Positions 8,589 to 17,553 of a DNA stretch of 25,121 nucleotides are shown here, in pieces. Position numbers and translations under genes: made by a program. A model generated the notes under the pieces. That model made no database searches, was not told where the DNA came from, and worked only from the letters and a program-made list of their open reading frames with translations. The stretch's first letter is position 1; each line of letters begins with the position of its first letter. The stretch comes from a virus (lineage: Duplodnaviria > Caudoviricetes), in IMG/VR virus record IMGVR_UViG_3300027977_000190, positions 1 to 25,121 of that record, one strand, 5' to 3'.

Positions 8589-8757
8589 GGTCTTTTTCCT
8601 TTACTGCATTTTCGATTCCACTTTGATGATCAACTTCTTTTTGGGCTTCTTGACGCTCTTTCATTTCTTTTGTATTCTTCGCGCCGAATACATTATTGAT
8701 TGCTGCGAATATTCCAGATACTGCTGATAGTAAAGCTTGGAGTATTCCAGTTGGCAT
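8557..8757 (-). CDS. Candidate i-spanin (66 aa)
   Basis: ATG at 8757 (MPTGILQALLSAVSGIFAAINNVFG), with a hydrophobic N-terminus and charged helical C-terminus. Overlaps the lipoprotein gene by 32 nt, as in overlapped Rz/Rz1 pairs. Confidence 0.55.
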   Translation of the reverse strand: MPTGILQALLSAVSGIFAAINNVFGAKNTKEMKERQEAQKEVDHQSGIENAVKEKDLEQARKHISS

Positions 8758-8759
8758 GA

Positions 8760-9209
8760 TTACTCTACGTAACTTGCTGTAGCATCTTTGCATCCAGATG
8801 CAATAGCGTTAAGTACCTTTACTGCAAGAGCACCATTTCCATCTAGTCTAGCAAATTGTTGAGCATAAAGATCTTTTATTACAGTAATATAATTTGCCCA
8901 ATGAGTTTTTTCTGCTGGAAGGTAATCGTTAAGAGCTTTTTGAAGTTGAGCTGGAGTTGGAGTACTTCCAATTGTTAATGCTTCTACGATTGCTGCAACA
9001 TTGTTTATCATTTTAGCTTTTTCGATTCTATCGTTGCCAGAAGTAGCTTGATCAAGAACAACAGTGCAAGCTAATACAACTGCTGGCTTAACATAAGGAA
9101 GAGTATTTTCAACGCTTGTTGCAACATCAACTTTTCCAGTATTGGTTGTGGCGCAAGCACCAAGAAATACGCTCAAAAGAGCAACTGCGGCTAATTGTAA
9201 TTTATTCAT
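8760..9209 (-). CDS. Second lipoprotein in the lysis cassette
   Basis: MNKLQLAAVALLSVFLGA-C19 lipobox, alpha-helical body, 4-nt ATGA overlap with the holin stop. Confidence 0.7.
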   Translation of the reverse strand: MNKLQLAAVALLSVFLGACATTNTGKVDVATSVENTLPYVKPAVVLACTVVLDQATSGNDRIEKAKMINNVAAIVEALTIGSTPTPAQLQKALNDYLPAEKTHWANYITVIKDLYAQQFARLDGNGALAVKVLNAIASGCKDATASYVE

Positions 9210-9496
9210 ATATTTTCTCCATGTGGGTGTATTCTTTCTTCTGCTTCGGCTGTAGAGGCAACTGTGCCTCCTGTTACTGCCGCATCTTTTACTGTTAATG
9301 CAAAAACTATGCCAGAAACAACAGCAACTAATTTTGCAATTCCTACAATATAGACTTCTGCCGTATCTGGAAGAAATGCTACTAATGAAGGATCAGAATG
9401 AATTGCTATTGCCGTAGTAATTGCTATCACTGTGCTAATTCCAGAAGTGGAAGATCTCCAATTAGTGCCAAATATTTTAGATAACATAGCTTTCAT
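9206..9496 (-). CDS. Holin (two transmembrane segments, probable)
   Basis: 96 aa with an NWRSS N-terminal motif, two hydrophobic segments and a charged C-terminus; first gene of the lysis cassette. Confidence 0.65.
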   Translation of the reverse strand: MKAMLSKIFGTNWRSSTSGISTVIAITTAIAIHSDPSLVAFLPDTAEVYIVGIAKLVAVVSGIVFALTVKDAAVTGGTVASTAEAEERIHPHGENI

Positions 9497-9502
9497 TATA
9501 GA

Positions 9503-9508
9503 TTACAC
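9503..9508 (-). promoter_or_regulatory. GTGTAA promoter-like motif
   Basis: ttacac on +; 6 nt upstream of the holin ATG 9496, with no SD between. Confidence 0.6.
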
Positions 9509-9546
9509 TATATTATATATATTAATAATTTTAATATCTAATTATT

Positions 9547-10311
9547 TTAATATTCAATAGCAACTAATGGGGCTTGATTTGTACTTGGTGCAACCAAAAA
9601 GCCATCTCTAATAGAAGAATATAAATCTAAGCCAGTATCATAATATGCGAAAGTAGTTGATGGGCTAGCGGAATTACCAAAAGTATTATAACCAGTATTT
9701 TCACCAAATATCTGCCTATTAAAATTACCATTCACCGCCTTAAAAGAGGATGGTGCTGGAGTACCAGTATTACAAGACGCAATTATATATGGTCCTTCAT
9801 CTAAAACTATATTTGCAGTTGTTGATTTAATTCCAGCATTTGAACCTTGGTTTGATATATCTCCACTCCAAAATAATTTCGCGCCTTCATAGCCATTATT
9901 ACCAGAATATATTCCAACTCGAATAGGAGTATCATTTGTATAAGCTGTAAGTTCTATACATAAATTTAATTTGGATATTTTTTTTCTAATTAAAAATGGA
10001 TGATATGTTATGAATCCAGAATTGGGAGTAGTAGTCGTCATTGATTGAAACCCAAGTGGTAGATACCTTCTAATCCCCGTGCTAGGAGGAAATTGATAAG
10101 CTAAATTTATATCATCATTTTGAAAATTAATTTTACTACCACTTATATTTATATATAAATTATTTAAATTTATTCCACCAACATTATTTATATTTACTCC
10201 TGTCCCACCATTTTGGGTTAAAGCATAAGAATTAGAGCTTATTACATTTTGAACAAGACCTGTAATTTCACTTTGATTTAATTGTTTTAATCTAATTAAA
10301 TTTTCAGCCAT
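9547..10311 (-). CDS. Virion structural protein (hypothetical)
   Basis: 254 aa, N/T/S/G-rich beta-type composition, overlapping the portal stop by 8 nt. Confidence 0.6.
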   Translation of the reverse strand: MAENLIRLKQLNQSEITGLVQNVISSNSYALTQNGGTGVNINNVGGINLNNLYINISGSKINFQNDDINLAYQFPPSTGIRRYLPLGFQSMTTTTPNSGFITYHPFLIRKKISKLNLCIELTAYTNDTPIRVGIYSGNNGYEGAKLFWSGDISNQGSNAGIKSTTANIVLDEGPYIIASCNTGTPAPSSFKAVNGNFNRQIFGENTGYNTFGNSASPSTTFAYYDTGLDLYSSIRDGFLVAPSTNQAPLVAIEY

Positions 10312-12217
10312 TTTCTTTTCCTTGTTGTTTGCTGTGATAAAGAATACCAGCTATATAACTATCAACACTATGCTCTACTGCAATGTCTTGAATATTAGAT
10401 ACTATTTCTAAGTTTTTATCTTTTGGATCATTAACATAATTTAGAGTTTCTACTTCCCAATTTTGTGGATCTTCATTTGCAACAATGATTTTCGTAATTT
10501 CAAAAGCAACTTGTTTTTGTTGTTTTGAGAGTTTTCTTAAACTATGCTTTTCTCTTAAAGAACTTTCTACTTTTTCTTGCAGTTTAGAAGCTAAAACAAA
10601 ATTTTCTTTAATTTTATTAACATCAAAAAATACAGCTTTAGATTGTTTACCTTCACCAATTGGTTTAATATTTTTTGTAGATTGAGGAATTCCTGTAGAT
10701 CCACTTGGTCTACCAGCTTCTGCGCCAACTTTAGCTCCGCCAATTACTGGTTGATAAAGACCTTGATCTCTTAATTCTCTAAATTTTTCTTGAGATAAAA
10801 TTGAATCTTGCGGCGATGGAAGTCTTCCACTATCTATCGCTTGTAAACCTTCCTCTGGAGTTAATACTCCTAATTCTACAAGCCTTGTATATACTCTAGA
10901 ATATTGTATATCATCTTTTAAATCAATATCTTCAAAATGCGGAGCAGGATAATTTTTAAAACCTAATTCTTTACTAATTCTTCTAATTTCTGGAAATAGA
11001 AAGTCATTAATAAATGTTTCACGAGCTTGTTTAAGTCTTTCTATAAAAACTTGTACTTTAATACTTTGGTTTGCAAATTTTTCACTACCAATAAGAATAT
11101 TATTTAAGCCAATTTGAATATCACGATCTACGACTTCATATTTTTGTGGTCCAAGAAGATTACCAATGTCTGGAATAACAAATTGAGCTTTAGTAGTATA
11201 ATCTGCAATTAAAACTCTACCAACACTTTGATTTTCAAAAAGTTTTTGCATTGCTTCAAGATTTTTTTGATTAATTCCACCTTTGTCTGGGTCTGTGCCC
11301 ATTGTAATTAATAATACGGCTTGCTGCATTGTTCTTGTGACTGCCATATCCATTTTTTTCATTTCAGCTTTCCAATTGATATCATCTAGGACTGGATATC
11401 CCATAGGTACAGCAAACGGTTCGTAATCTTGTTTTTTGTAAAAGACCGCCGCTAATCTTTCTCTATCTAATGGCAGAGTTAGAACTCCTATTGTTTTTTG
11501 TTGTATAAGTTTTTGGGTTTCTTCTGGGAGACTTTTAAGCACTTCGTAGTCTTCATCTGTTTTTGGGCTTTTTAATCTTTCTAATTCGTAATCACTTATT
11601 AATTTATAATATCTACCAACAGAGAAATTAATAGTTCCACCAATTTGAACATCCGCTGGATTTAAAATAATATATTTAGCTGGTAAATTAACAGAAGCTT
11701 GAGCAGACAGACCAAATGTTTGAGTAATTTTACTAACATCGTCATTTCTGACTCTTGTATCGAATCTATATATAAATACATTACCGCTACGATAGTATTC
11801 GCGGAAAAATTTATCTTGAAAATCAAAAATATTTATTTTTCTTAAAAGCGCTGAAAAGAAATCTCTGCTTTTCTGACTACCATCTTTAAAGTAAATATTG
11901 CTACAAGAAAACTCTGTCATTAAATCAATTGTGTTTCTAAAAATAGCAAAATTATAATAGGCTTTTTGACATAAAATAACCGCATCACGGATATTCATGT
12001 TTGAATTAGATTTAATTCCAGCTGAATACCTAAACGGAATTATACCATCTTCAATATTCTTATATCGGTCAGTCCTTGTTATTGTAGAAGAAGCATTTCT
12101 TCTCATTCTATCTTCTGAACCTTTAATTTCTTGAGAGAAGGAGGCTTGGGATACCATTAATGGTTGAGCTTCTTCCGTTTTTACTGTTTTTGATTTATTT
12201 TGAGTTTTTTTAGACAT
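10304..12217 (-). CDS. Portal protein
   Basis: 637 aa directly downstream of terL. AIFRNTIDLMTEF, FFREYYRSGNVFIY and YIILNPADV follow the portal pattern. Confidence 0.8.
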   Translation of the reverse strand: MSKKTQNKSKTVKTEEAQPLMVSQASFSQEIKGSEDRMRRNASSTITRTDRYKNIEDGIIPFRYSAGIKSNSNMNIRDAVILCQKAYYNFAIFRNTIDLMTEFSCSNIYFKDGSQKSRDFFSALLRKINIFDFQDKFFREYYRSGNVFIYRFDTRVRNDDVSKITQTFGLSAQASVNLPAKYIILNPADVQIGGTINFSVGRYYKLISDYELERLKSPKTDEDYEVLKSLPEETQKLIQQKTIGVLTLPLDRERLAAVFYKKQDYEPFAVPMGYPVLDDINWKAEMKKMDMAVTRTMQQAVLLITMGTDPDKGGINQKNLEAMQKLFENQSVGRVLIADYTTKAQFVIPDIGNLLGPQKYEVVDRDIQIGLNNILIGSEKFANQSIKVQVFIERLKQARETFINDFLFPEIRRISKELGFKNYPAPHFEDIDLKDDIQYSRVYTRLVELGVLTPEEGLQAIDSGRLPSPQDSILSQEKFRELRDQGLYQPVIGGAKVGAEAGRPSGSTGIPQSTKNIKPIGEGKQSKAVFFDVNKIKENFVLASKLQEKVESSLREKHSLRKLSKQQKQVAFEITKIIVANEDPQNWEVETLNYVNDPKDKNLEIVSNIQDIAVEHSVDSYIAGILYHSKQQGKENG

Positions 12218-12229
12218 TTTACTTAAATA

Positions 12230-12235
12230 TTACAC
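12230..12235 (-). promoter_or_regulatory. GTGTAA promoter-like motif
   Basis: ttacac on + in the 19-nt terL-portal gap, 12 nt upstream of ATG 12217. Confidence 0.6.
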
Positions 12236-12236
12236 A

Positions 12237-14081
12237 TTATTTAATCAATATAGGTGAAAAAGTCTCCGATTGGTTAATTTGTTCTGCTTGCATCATATCA
12301 TGATAGCATTTTATTGCCCAATTTGCTAACATAAATGCAGAATAATTATCTTTTCTTGCTTTATTAGCAGATGAGCTTCTTTTTAAATGTTGCGGTAAAT
12401 CAAAACTTTGAGTACCTCTTCCAGTAGATGAGTGTTCAATTAAAACACATTGCTTTTTAGTCTGATAAATAAAGTCGTCTTGGTCTTCTATAAAGTCCAA
12501 TGGTGTCCAGTCTTTTTTATCTTCACTTTTCATTAAATCTAATGGAATATTTAAAGAAATTGTCTCATTGAAAAAGTTCTCGTCAGAAGCTGTTCTACTT
12601 GCAAACCATACTTTTTTATAATCTATACAGGCCTGAAGATATTCATTTGATTTACGAATAAAATTAGCAGTAAATACTTGATTAAACGCAATTCTTTTAT
12701 TTTCTAAATTATATTGGTTTTTAGCGTTTATAATCATCATTTCATAGTCTGGCCCTTCTAGTTCGGTATTCATATCAAGGGTTTTAATATCAATTTTATT
12801 TCTTTTAAATAATTCTGATTCATTACATGCGGCTAAAAATGTATCTGATCCAGCGTTATCGAGAATAATAAATACAATATTAAAATTCGTCAAAATATAA
12901 TAAAAATAATTAACATGATTTCTTAAGTTACCAAGTCCAGCATAAGTATGTACTAAAACTCCCTGTTTTTTATCTTCATCTAGTTCCATTACGGCCATAG
13001 CAAAATAATCTGCATTAGGACTATCGCTCATATTAGGATCAATACCAATTATATATTTTTTATCTTTATCGCCTTTCATTAAGGTATGAGGTCTTTCTCC
13101 AGTTTTTAATGTGCAGTCTTCCATTTTTTTTGCATTGAAATAACTGTCGCTACCATCCGTGAATTGAGCGCAATACTCTCTAAGAAATCCACTATGGCTT
13201 GATCCTCCTGCTTGGGCTTCTTCAATAATTGTTTTATCTATCATTTCTTCTGGTAAAGCTTCATAGCTCATTTGACTTACAAAATATGTTGCTTCGCCTC
13301 TTTCCTTGCTGTATATTTTCTCTGACCATTCGGTATAAGTTTTATATAAATTTTGAAATGTATAACTCGCGGATGAAAGAGCAATCATTTTACTTGAGTT
13401 CCCAAAGACCATTCTCTCTTCTTGTTTCATAGATCCTTCTTCTATCAATTTATCTTCGAGCTCTCTAATTTCCATTCTCTCTTTTATGTTTTGTGGTGCA
13501 ACCAAGAACGGCATCAATACATTTTTAATAATTTCTTCTGGTAAAAGAAGAAACTCATCAAGCACTAATATATTTGCGCGAAAACCTCGAATTTTTTCAC
13601 CATTAAGAGGAATCGCCACAATACTTCCTCCGTTAATTTGCCATTCAAATTGATCATTTCTTTTCGATTTTGCACCAAAGCATTGAGCTAATAATTCTGC
13701 TCCAGGACTTTGCACTATTTTTTCTAAATTATTAAAAATAAATCTAGCTGTTCTAAAAGTAGGGCCTGCGAGAAGAATTTTAGTGTTTGGTTCAAAAACA
13801 CATTGAAGAAAACAGAATACTGCAGCTATAAAACTCTTACCGCATCCTCGACCAAAAACACACATATTAAAATTTCTATTCATCATAGCTTTTAAATGTA
13901 TTTCTTGATATGGAGCAAGCTTAACTCCACTAATAAGTTCTGTGGAGAAACCAAGATTTGACCTTAAGAATTTAGCCAATGATATTTTAGCTTCTTTATC
14001 GTTAAGATAACCTTTAAGCTGCGATAGTTCAGCATTAATATCTTTAACCTCTTTTATATATTTTTCTGGACAGTATATCAT
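12237..14081 (-). CDS. terL: Terminase large subunit
   Basis: Q-motif LAPYQ, Walker A GRGCGKS, IRGFRANILVLDE Walker B, FLREYCAQF, RNase H-like IIGIDP and a C-terminal RKDNYSA. Confidence 0.93.
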   Translation of the reverse strand: MIYCPEKYIKEVKDINAELSQLKGYLNDKEAKISLAKFLRSNLGFSTELISGVKLAPYQEIHLKAMMNRNFNMCVFGRGCGKSFIAAVFCFLQCVFEPNTKILLAGPTFRTARFIFNNLEKIVQSPGAELLAQCFGAKSKRNDQFEWQINGGSIVAIPLNGEKIRGFRANILVLDEFLLLPEEIIKNVLMPFLVAPQNIKERMEIRELEDKLIEEGSMKQEERMVFGNSSKMIALSSASYTFQNLYKTYTEWSEKIYSKERGEATYFVSQMSYEALPEEMIDKTIIEEAQAGGSSHSGFLREYCAQFTDGSDSYFNAKKMEDCTLKTGERPHTLMKGDKDKKYIIGIDPNMSDSPNADYFAMAVMELDEDKKQGVLVHTYAGLGNLRNHVNYFYYILTNFNIVFIILDNAGSDTFLAACNESELFKRNKIDIKTLDMNTELEGPDYEMMIINAKNQYNLENKRIAFNQVFTANFIRKSNEYLQACIDYKKVWFASRTASDENFFNETISLNIPLDLMKSEDKKDWTPLDFIEDQDDFIYQTKKQCVLIEHSSTGRGTQSFDLPQHLKRSSSANKARKDNYSAFMLANWAIKCYHDMMQAEQINQSETFSPILIK

Positions 14082-15013
14082 AAAACTTTCATATCATAAG
14101 CCAATTGAAGATCTATTTTTTTATAAAAACATTTACTAGCAAAAATAGACTCAATTAATCTTTTCATTTCGTTTCTTCCGTCAACAAATAAGAATTGTAA
14201 ATTGTCATAATCTTGTAAAAGCTCTCTTACATTGTGAAATATATATTCTGGAGTTACTTTTATTTTTTTACTAATATGAGATAGATATTGAAAGCTCAAA
14301 GCATTTGATAATTTTTCTTCAACCATCACAATAATATAAGAATTATTATTTTTAGCTTTTTCAATTTCATTTTTAAAACGATCAAAATTTTTCACACTTA
14401 ATGTGCTAATAAAATCACTAAGACTTTTTCTTTCTATAAAACATTGGCAATTATCATTTGAACAAGCGTAATCTCCAAATCCGAGAGTTTTAATTTCAAA
14501 TGGAATATCAAATTTTAACCAACTTTGCTCGCGAGTATCAACATATATTGTATCTTTGGCTGTTAATTTATTTTTAAAATGATCTCCAACTAAACTAGGG
14601 TGAATAAACTTATTTTTTAAACCTATAGAGGAACATACATCGTAATAATCTTTAAATATCTTATTATAAGATATCGCAGATGGCGCCATAATTGTTCTAA
14701 GCTCTACTTGGGTTGGGGAATATGTTAGGTTTTTAGATTCTTTTCTTTTAATTAATAATTGTTTGCAATATTCTTGAGCTTTCTCTACTGGCTGTTCTTT
14801 AAGCCACTTTTTCATATTATTTTTATCATTAAAATCGCTGGTTAAATATTGTTCTTTTGTTTTGAAATTAATAAGTTCATTTGTTAACAGATCTCTTCTT
14901 TCAAAATATTTTTGATAATATTTTACTTTACTGAGTCCGTATCCCCTTAAAGAAAGATGAAGGCTTTTTTCATCTTTGAATTCTTTACCATCAACTTTGC
15001 AAATCACACTCAT
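14078..15013 (-). CDS. ERCC4/XPF-family endonuclease with a degenerate N-terminal C2H2-like finger
   Basis: IYVDTREQ, GDY and IERKSLSDF are the ERCC4 signature motifs; N-terminus CKVDGKEF....SLH. Confidence 0.85.
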   Translation of the reverse strand: MSVICKVDGKEFKDEKSLHLSLRGYGLSKVKYYQKYFERRDLLTNELINFKTKEQYLTSDFNDKNNMKKWLKEQPVEKAQEYCKQLLIKRKESKNLTYSPTQVELRTIMAPSAISYNKIFKDYYDVCSSIGLKNKFIHPSLVGDHFKNKLTAKDTIYVDTREQSWLKFDIPFEIKTLGFGDYACSNDNCQCFIERKSLSDFISTLSVKNFDRFKNEIEKAKNNNSYIIVMVEEKLSNALSFQYLSHISKKIKVTPEYIFHNVRELLQDYDNLQFLFVDGRNEMKRLIESIFASKCFYKKIDLQLAYDMKVL

Positions 15014-16104
15014 CCGTTTAATATTTCGTCTCTAGAAATTCCTAAAATTTTAGATTTTATCTCGTCCATAGAAGACAGTCGATCTATTTCTTTTTCTACT
15101 ACTTGTTTACGCATTTCTGCCATTTTAATAAGCTTGCTTCTACTTTCTTCTTCTTTCCACATTTGCACAAGGTTGAGAATTGAAGCCGTTTCTTTTACTT
15201 GCTTGCTTAATCTATCGCTTCTTTTAACTTTTAAGTCATTATTTAATTTTTGCTGTCTATTTACGCAGTCATTATATTCTTTACGAGCTGTACTGCTAGC
15301 TTCTACAAGTGTCATTGGAATTTTACCTTCTTCTTGCATAGATCGTTCAATTTGATTTTGAAGTACATTAATTGTTTGTTGAATACTTGAAGATATTACT
15401 ACTTCTGTACAAAGAACTATGTATTGGTCTACCTCTTCTTGAGTTAGATCACTTTTATCGTAAGTATATCTAACAAAACTGCTTTCAAATAACTCTCGGT
15501 CTGGCTCGTTATCATAAATATTAATTTGATGTATAAATCTATGAGTATGCATATAACCAATAAGTGAATTAATTTCTTTTTTATGCTTATGAGTCAATTT
15601 ATTTTTGTCTACACCATCTAAAACGTATTTATTAATTTTAGCAATAGTTCTTTCTTCGCTTCGAGGTGGCCTGTAGCCTTCTGTGGCTGCATTTTCATTT
15701 TCCATGTTATTAAATTTAATATTACTTGGGATACTTTTCATATATTCCAAAATACTTCTTGTTTCTTGAGAAAGATTAGTTAATTTATCATTTTTAAAAA
15801 GAATCCTTGCCATCTCTAAACCAGTCATAGTATCGCAATTGTTGCTTATGTATTCTTTTTGCTCTGTTACTAATTCTATTAAACCTTTAGCTTGATATTC
15901 ATGACTTTTTTTAGGTTTAATTTGTCTAGAAGCTAAAAATTCTTTAACAGCTTTTCCTTCTTTACTTCTGCCATCTAAATCATCTCTATCAAAAGCTAAT
16001 TTAACTAATTCAACTAAAGATGGAGGATTATCTGGACGATTATTCCATTCGTTTAATAACTTTAATTGTTGTTCATCTGTGAGTTCTGGTACATTTTCTC
16101 TCAT
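15010..16104 (-). CDS. Hypothetical helical/coiled-coil protein, possible terminase small subunit
   Basis: 364 aa with HTH-like segments in the N-terminal part and a coiled-coil C-terminus, translationally coupled upstream of nuclease and terL. The function is a positional guess. Confidence 0.5.
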   Translation of the reverse strand: MRENVPELTDEQQLKLLNEWNNRPDNPPSLVELVKLAFDRDDLDGRSKEGKAVKEFLASRQIKPKKSHEYQAKGLIELVTEQKEYISNNCDTMTGLEMARILFKNDKLTNLSQETRSILEYMKSIPSNIKFNNMENENAATEGYRPPRSEERTIAKINKYVLDGVDKNKLTHKHKKEINSLIGYMHTHRFIHQINIYDNEPDRELFESSFVRYTYDKSDLTQEEVDQYIVLCTEVVISSSIQQTINVLQNQIERSMQEEGKIPMTLVEASSTARKEYNDCVNRQQKLNNDLKVKRSDRLSKQVKETASILNLVQMWKEEESRSKLIKMAEMRKQVVEKEIDRLSSMDEIKSKILGISRDEILNG

Positions 16105-16107
16105 AAA

Positions 16108-16794
16108 TCAATATATATCAATTTCTCCATTATATAAATATTTTTTAACTTTAAATATGATTGATTTTTTTAAATTTTTGATTTGCTTGTATCCTGCTGT
16201 TCTATTTTTTTCTGAAGTTTTATAACCCATCAATTTTGCTGCCTGTTCTTCGTCCTTGCCTTCTATATATAAAAGTTTATAAGCTTTCCATTCTATGGCT
16301 TTTAAAACTTTTTCCATTTTAATATGAATGCTTTTCGCTACGGTTTCAATCTCCATTGAATCTGCTGGCATATCATTTATTTCTTGAGAATGATTTTCAA
16401 TACTAACCGTTAATTTAGTATCATGTGCGTTTTTTTTACTTTTTTCCCAATTAGCATATAATGGACAATTATTACATTGCTTTCCATATATCGCGCAGTC
16501 TTCTTCACTTTGTGCTGCTGCTGCACATTTTAAACATGGTCTGCTAAAATTACTATATTTATTCCTAATTAGGTTTTTGATTTGATTACTTATAATTCTA
16601 TTTACCCAAGGCGCTAAGGGTTTTTTATGATTATATAAATGCCACTTTTTAAAAATATGAATTCTTAATATTTGAGATACATCACTAAAATCCATCCAAG
16701 ATATAGCTGTAAGATTCCATTTAGCTCTCCTTTTAGAGATTTCTAAATTTATTTGAGTCATATTGTCCTCAAAAGAGGATAATTTATTATCCAT
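16108..16794 (-). CDS. Phage-encoded sigma70/ECF-like RNA polymerase sigma factor with a Cys-rich insert
   Basis: Region-2-like DFSDVSQILRIHIFKKWHLYN...LAPWVNRIISNQIKNLIRN and region-4-like AYKLLYIEGKDEEQAAKLMG. Insert CLKC-x9-C-x6-CNNC. Confidence 0.75.
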   Translation of the reverse strand: MDNKLSSFEDNMTQINLEISKRRAKWNLTAISWMDFSDVSQILRIHIFKKWHLYNHKKPLAPWVNRIISNQIKNLIRNKYSNFSRPCLKCAAAAQSEEDCAIYGKQCNNCPLYANWEKSKKNAHDTKLTVSIENHSQEINDMPADSMEIETVAKSIHIKMEKVLKAIEWKAYKLLYIEGKDEEQAAKLMGYKTSEKNRTAGYKQIKNLKKSIIFKVKKYLYNGEIDIY

Positions 16795-17218
16795 TTTTTC
16801 TTCTTGGTCTCAGCGAGCCAGCTTCTTTAGAAAAATCCTCTAAAAACTTTTTACGCTCTAATTTCGAAGGTTTAGATTTCTTTTTCTCGCCGTTATTTTT
16901 TTGTCTAGATGAACCTTCTGATGTGCCTGCTATATTACCTATTTTTTCGCCACTTCTATGTACCCCTATTATATCGCAATCCAATTTATTAATATTAGGT
17001 ACATGATTTACTTCTGATTCATCGTCATAATCGTCATCATCTTGATCAATTAATTGAATTTTGGGCTTTTGAATATTAATTGGGGCTGGATTTTTAGCTA
17101 TTACTTTATTTTGGTTTATGTTTTTATCAAATGGATTACCACATCCAGTGCAAAATTTAGGTTTATTTGATGTATAATTTGTAGGAGTACCACAGTCGGA
17201 GCAGTATATTTTTAACAT
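16787..17218 (-). CDS. Zinc-ribbon protein
   Basis: CSDC-x12-CTGC at the N-terminus, acidic middle and basic tail; overlaps the sigma start by 8 nt. Confidence 0.75.
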   Translation of the reverse strand: MLKIYCSDCGTPTNYTSNKPKFCTGCGNPFDKNINQNKVIAKNPAPINIQKPKIQLIDQDDDDYDDESEVNHVPNINKLDCDIIGVHRSGEKIGNIAGTSEGSSRQKNNGEKKKSKPSKLERKKFLEDFSKEAGSLRPRRKNG

Positions 17219-17259
17219 AATATAAATTATATTAAAAATTAATTAAAATTTCAAGAATA

Positions 17260-17541
17260 TTATTTTCCTTTATTACATCCGCAGCCCTTAGGTCGCGGAG
17301 GAGGACCACCATTATTTCCGTATACTCCGTATGAACACGGAACAGCTCCTCCACCAGCGCTAACGCACATATCATATTCGTATTTATCTGATTTCCATTT
17401 TGCACATTCTGGTGAATCTCCTCCACCATTTTGATTTTTGCTGCTTCGGTTATTTTGTTGATTTGAATTTGTAGATTTTTTAACGATTTCAATAACTAAT
17501 ATCGCTCCCAATCCTGCGATTATTGATCCTTGTAATAGCAT
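17260..17541 (-). CDS. Small membrane-anchored Cys/Gly-rich protein
   Basis: Strong SD AAGGAGAAATTT-ATG, hydrophobic N-terminus, five Cys in the C-terminal half. Confidence 0.65.
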   Translation of the reverse strand: MLLQGSIIAGLGAILVIEIVKKSTNSNQQNNRSSKNQNGGGDSPECAKWKSDKYEYDMCVSAGGGAVPCSYGVYGNNGGPPPRPKGCGCNKGK

Positions 17542-17553
17542 AAATTTCTCCTT

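Noticed and set aside
12237-14081. Intein or intron in terL
   Set aside because: Continuous 614-aa ORF with normally spaced ATPase and nuclease motifs and no intein-like C...HN boundaries.
2991-15355. Plus-strand ORFs at 2991, 3396, 3788, 3918, 4542, 6147, 7979, 8503, 9116, 10485, 13229 and 14957
   Set aside because: Antisense shadows of well-supported minus-strand genes, with S/F/L-rich composition and no start signals.
17232-17492. 86-aa ORF overlapping the 93-aa gene in another frame
   Set aside because: Non-ATG start and no SD, while the 17260-17541 frame has a strong AAGGAG and ATG.
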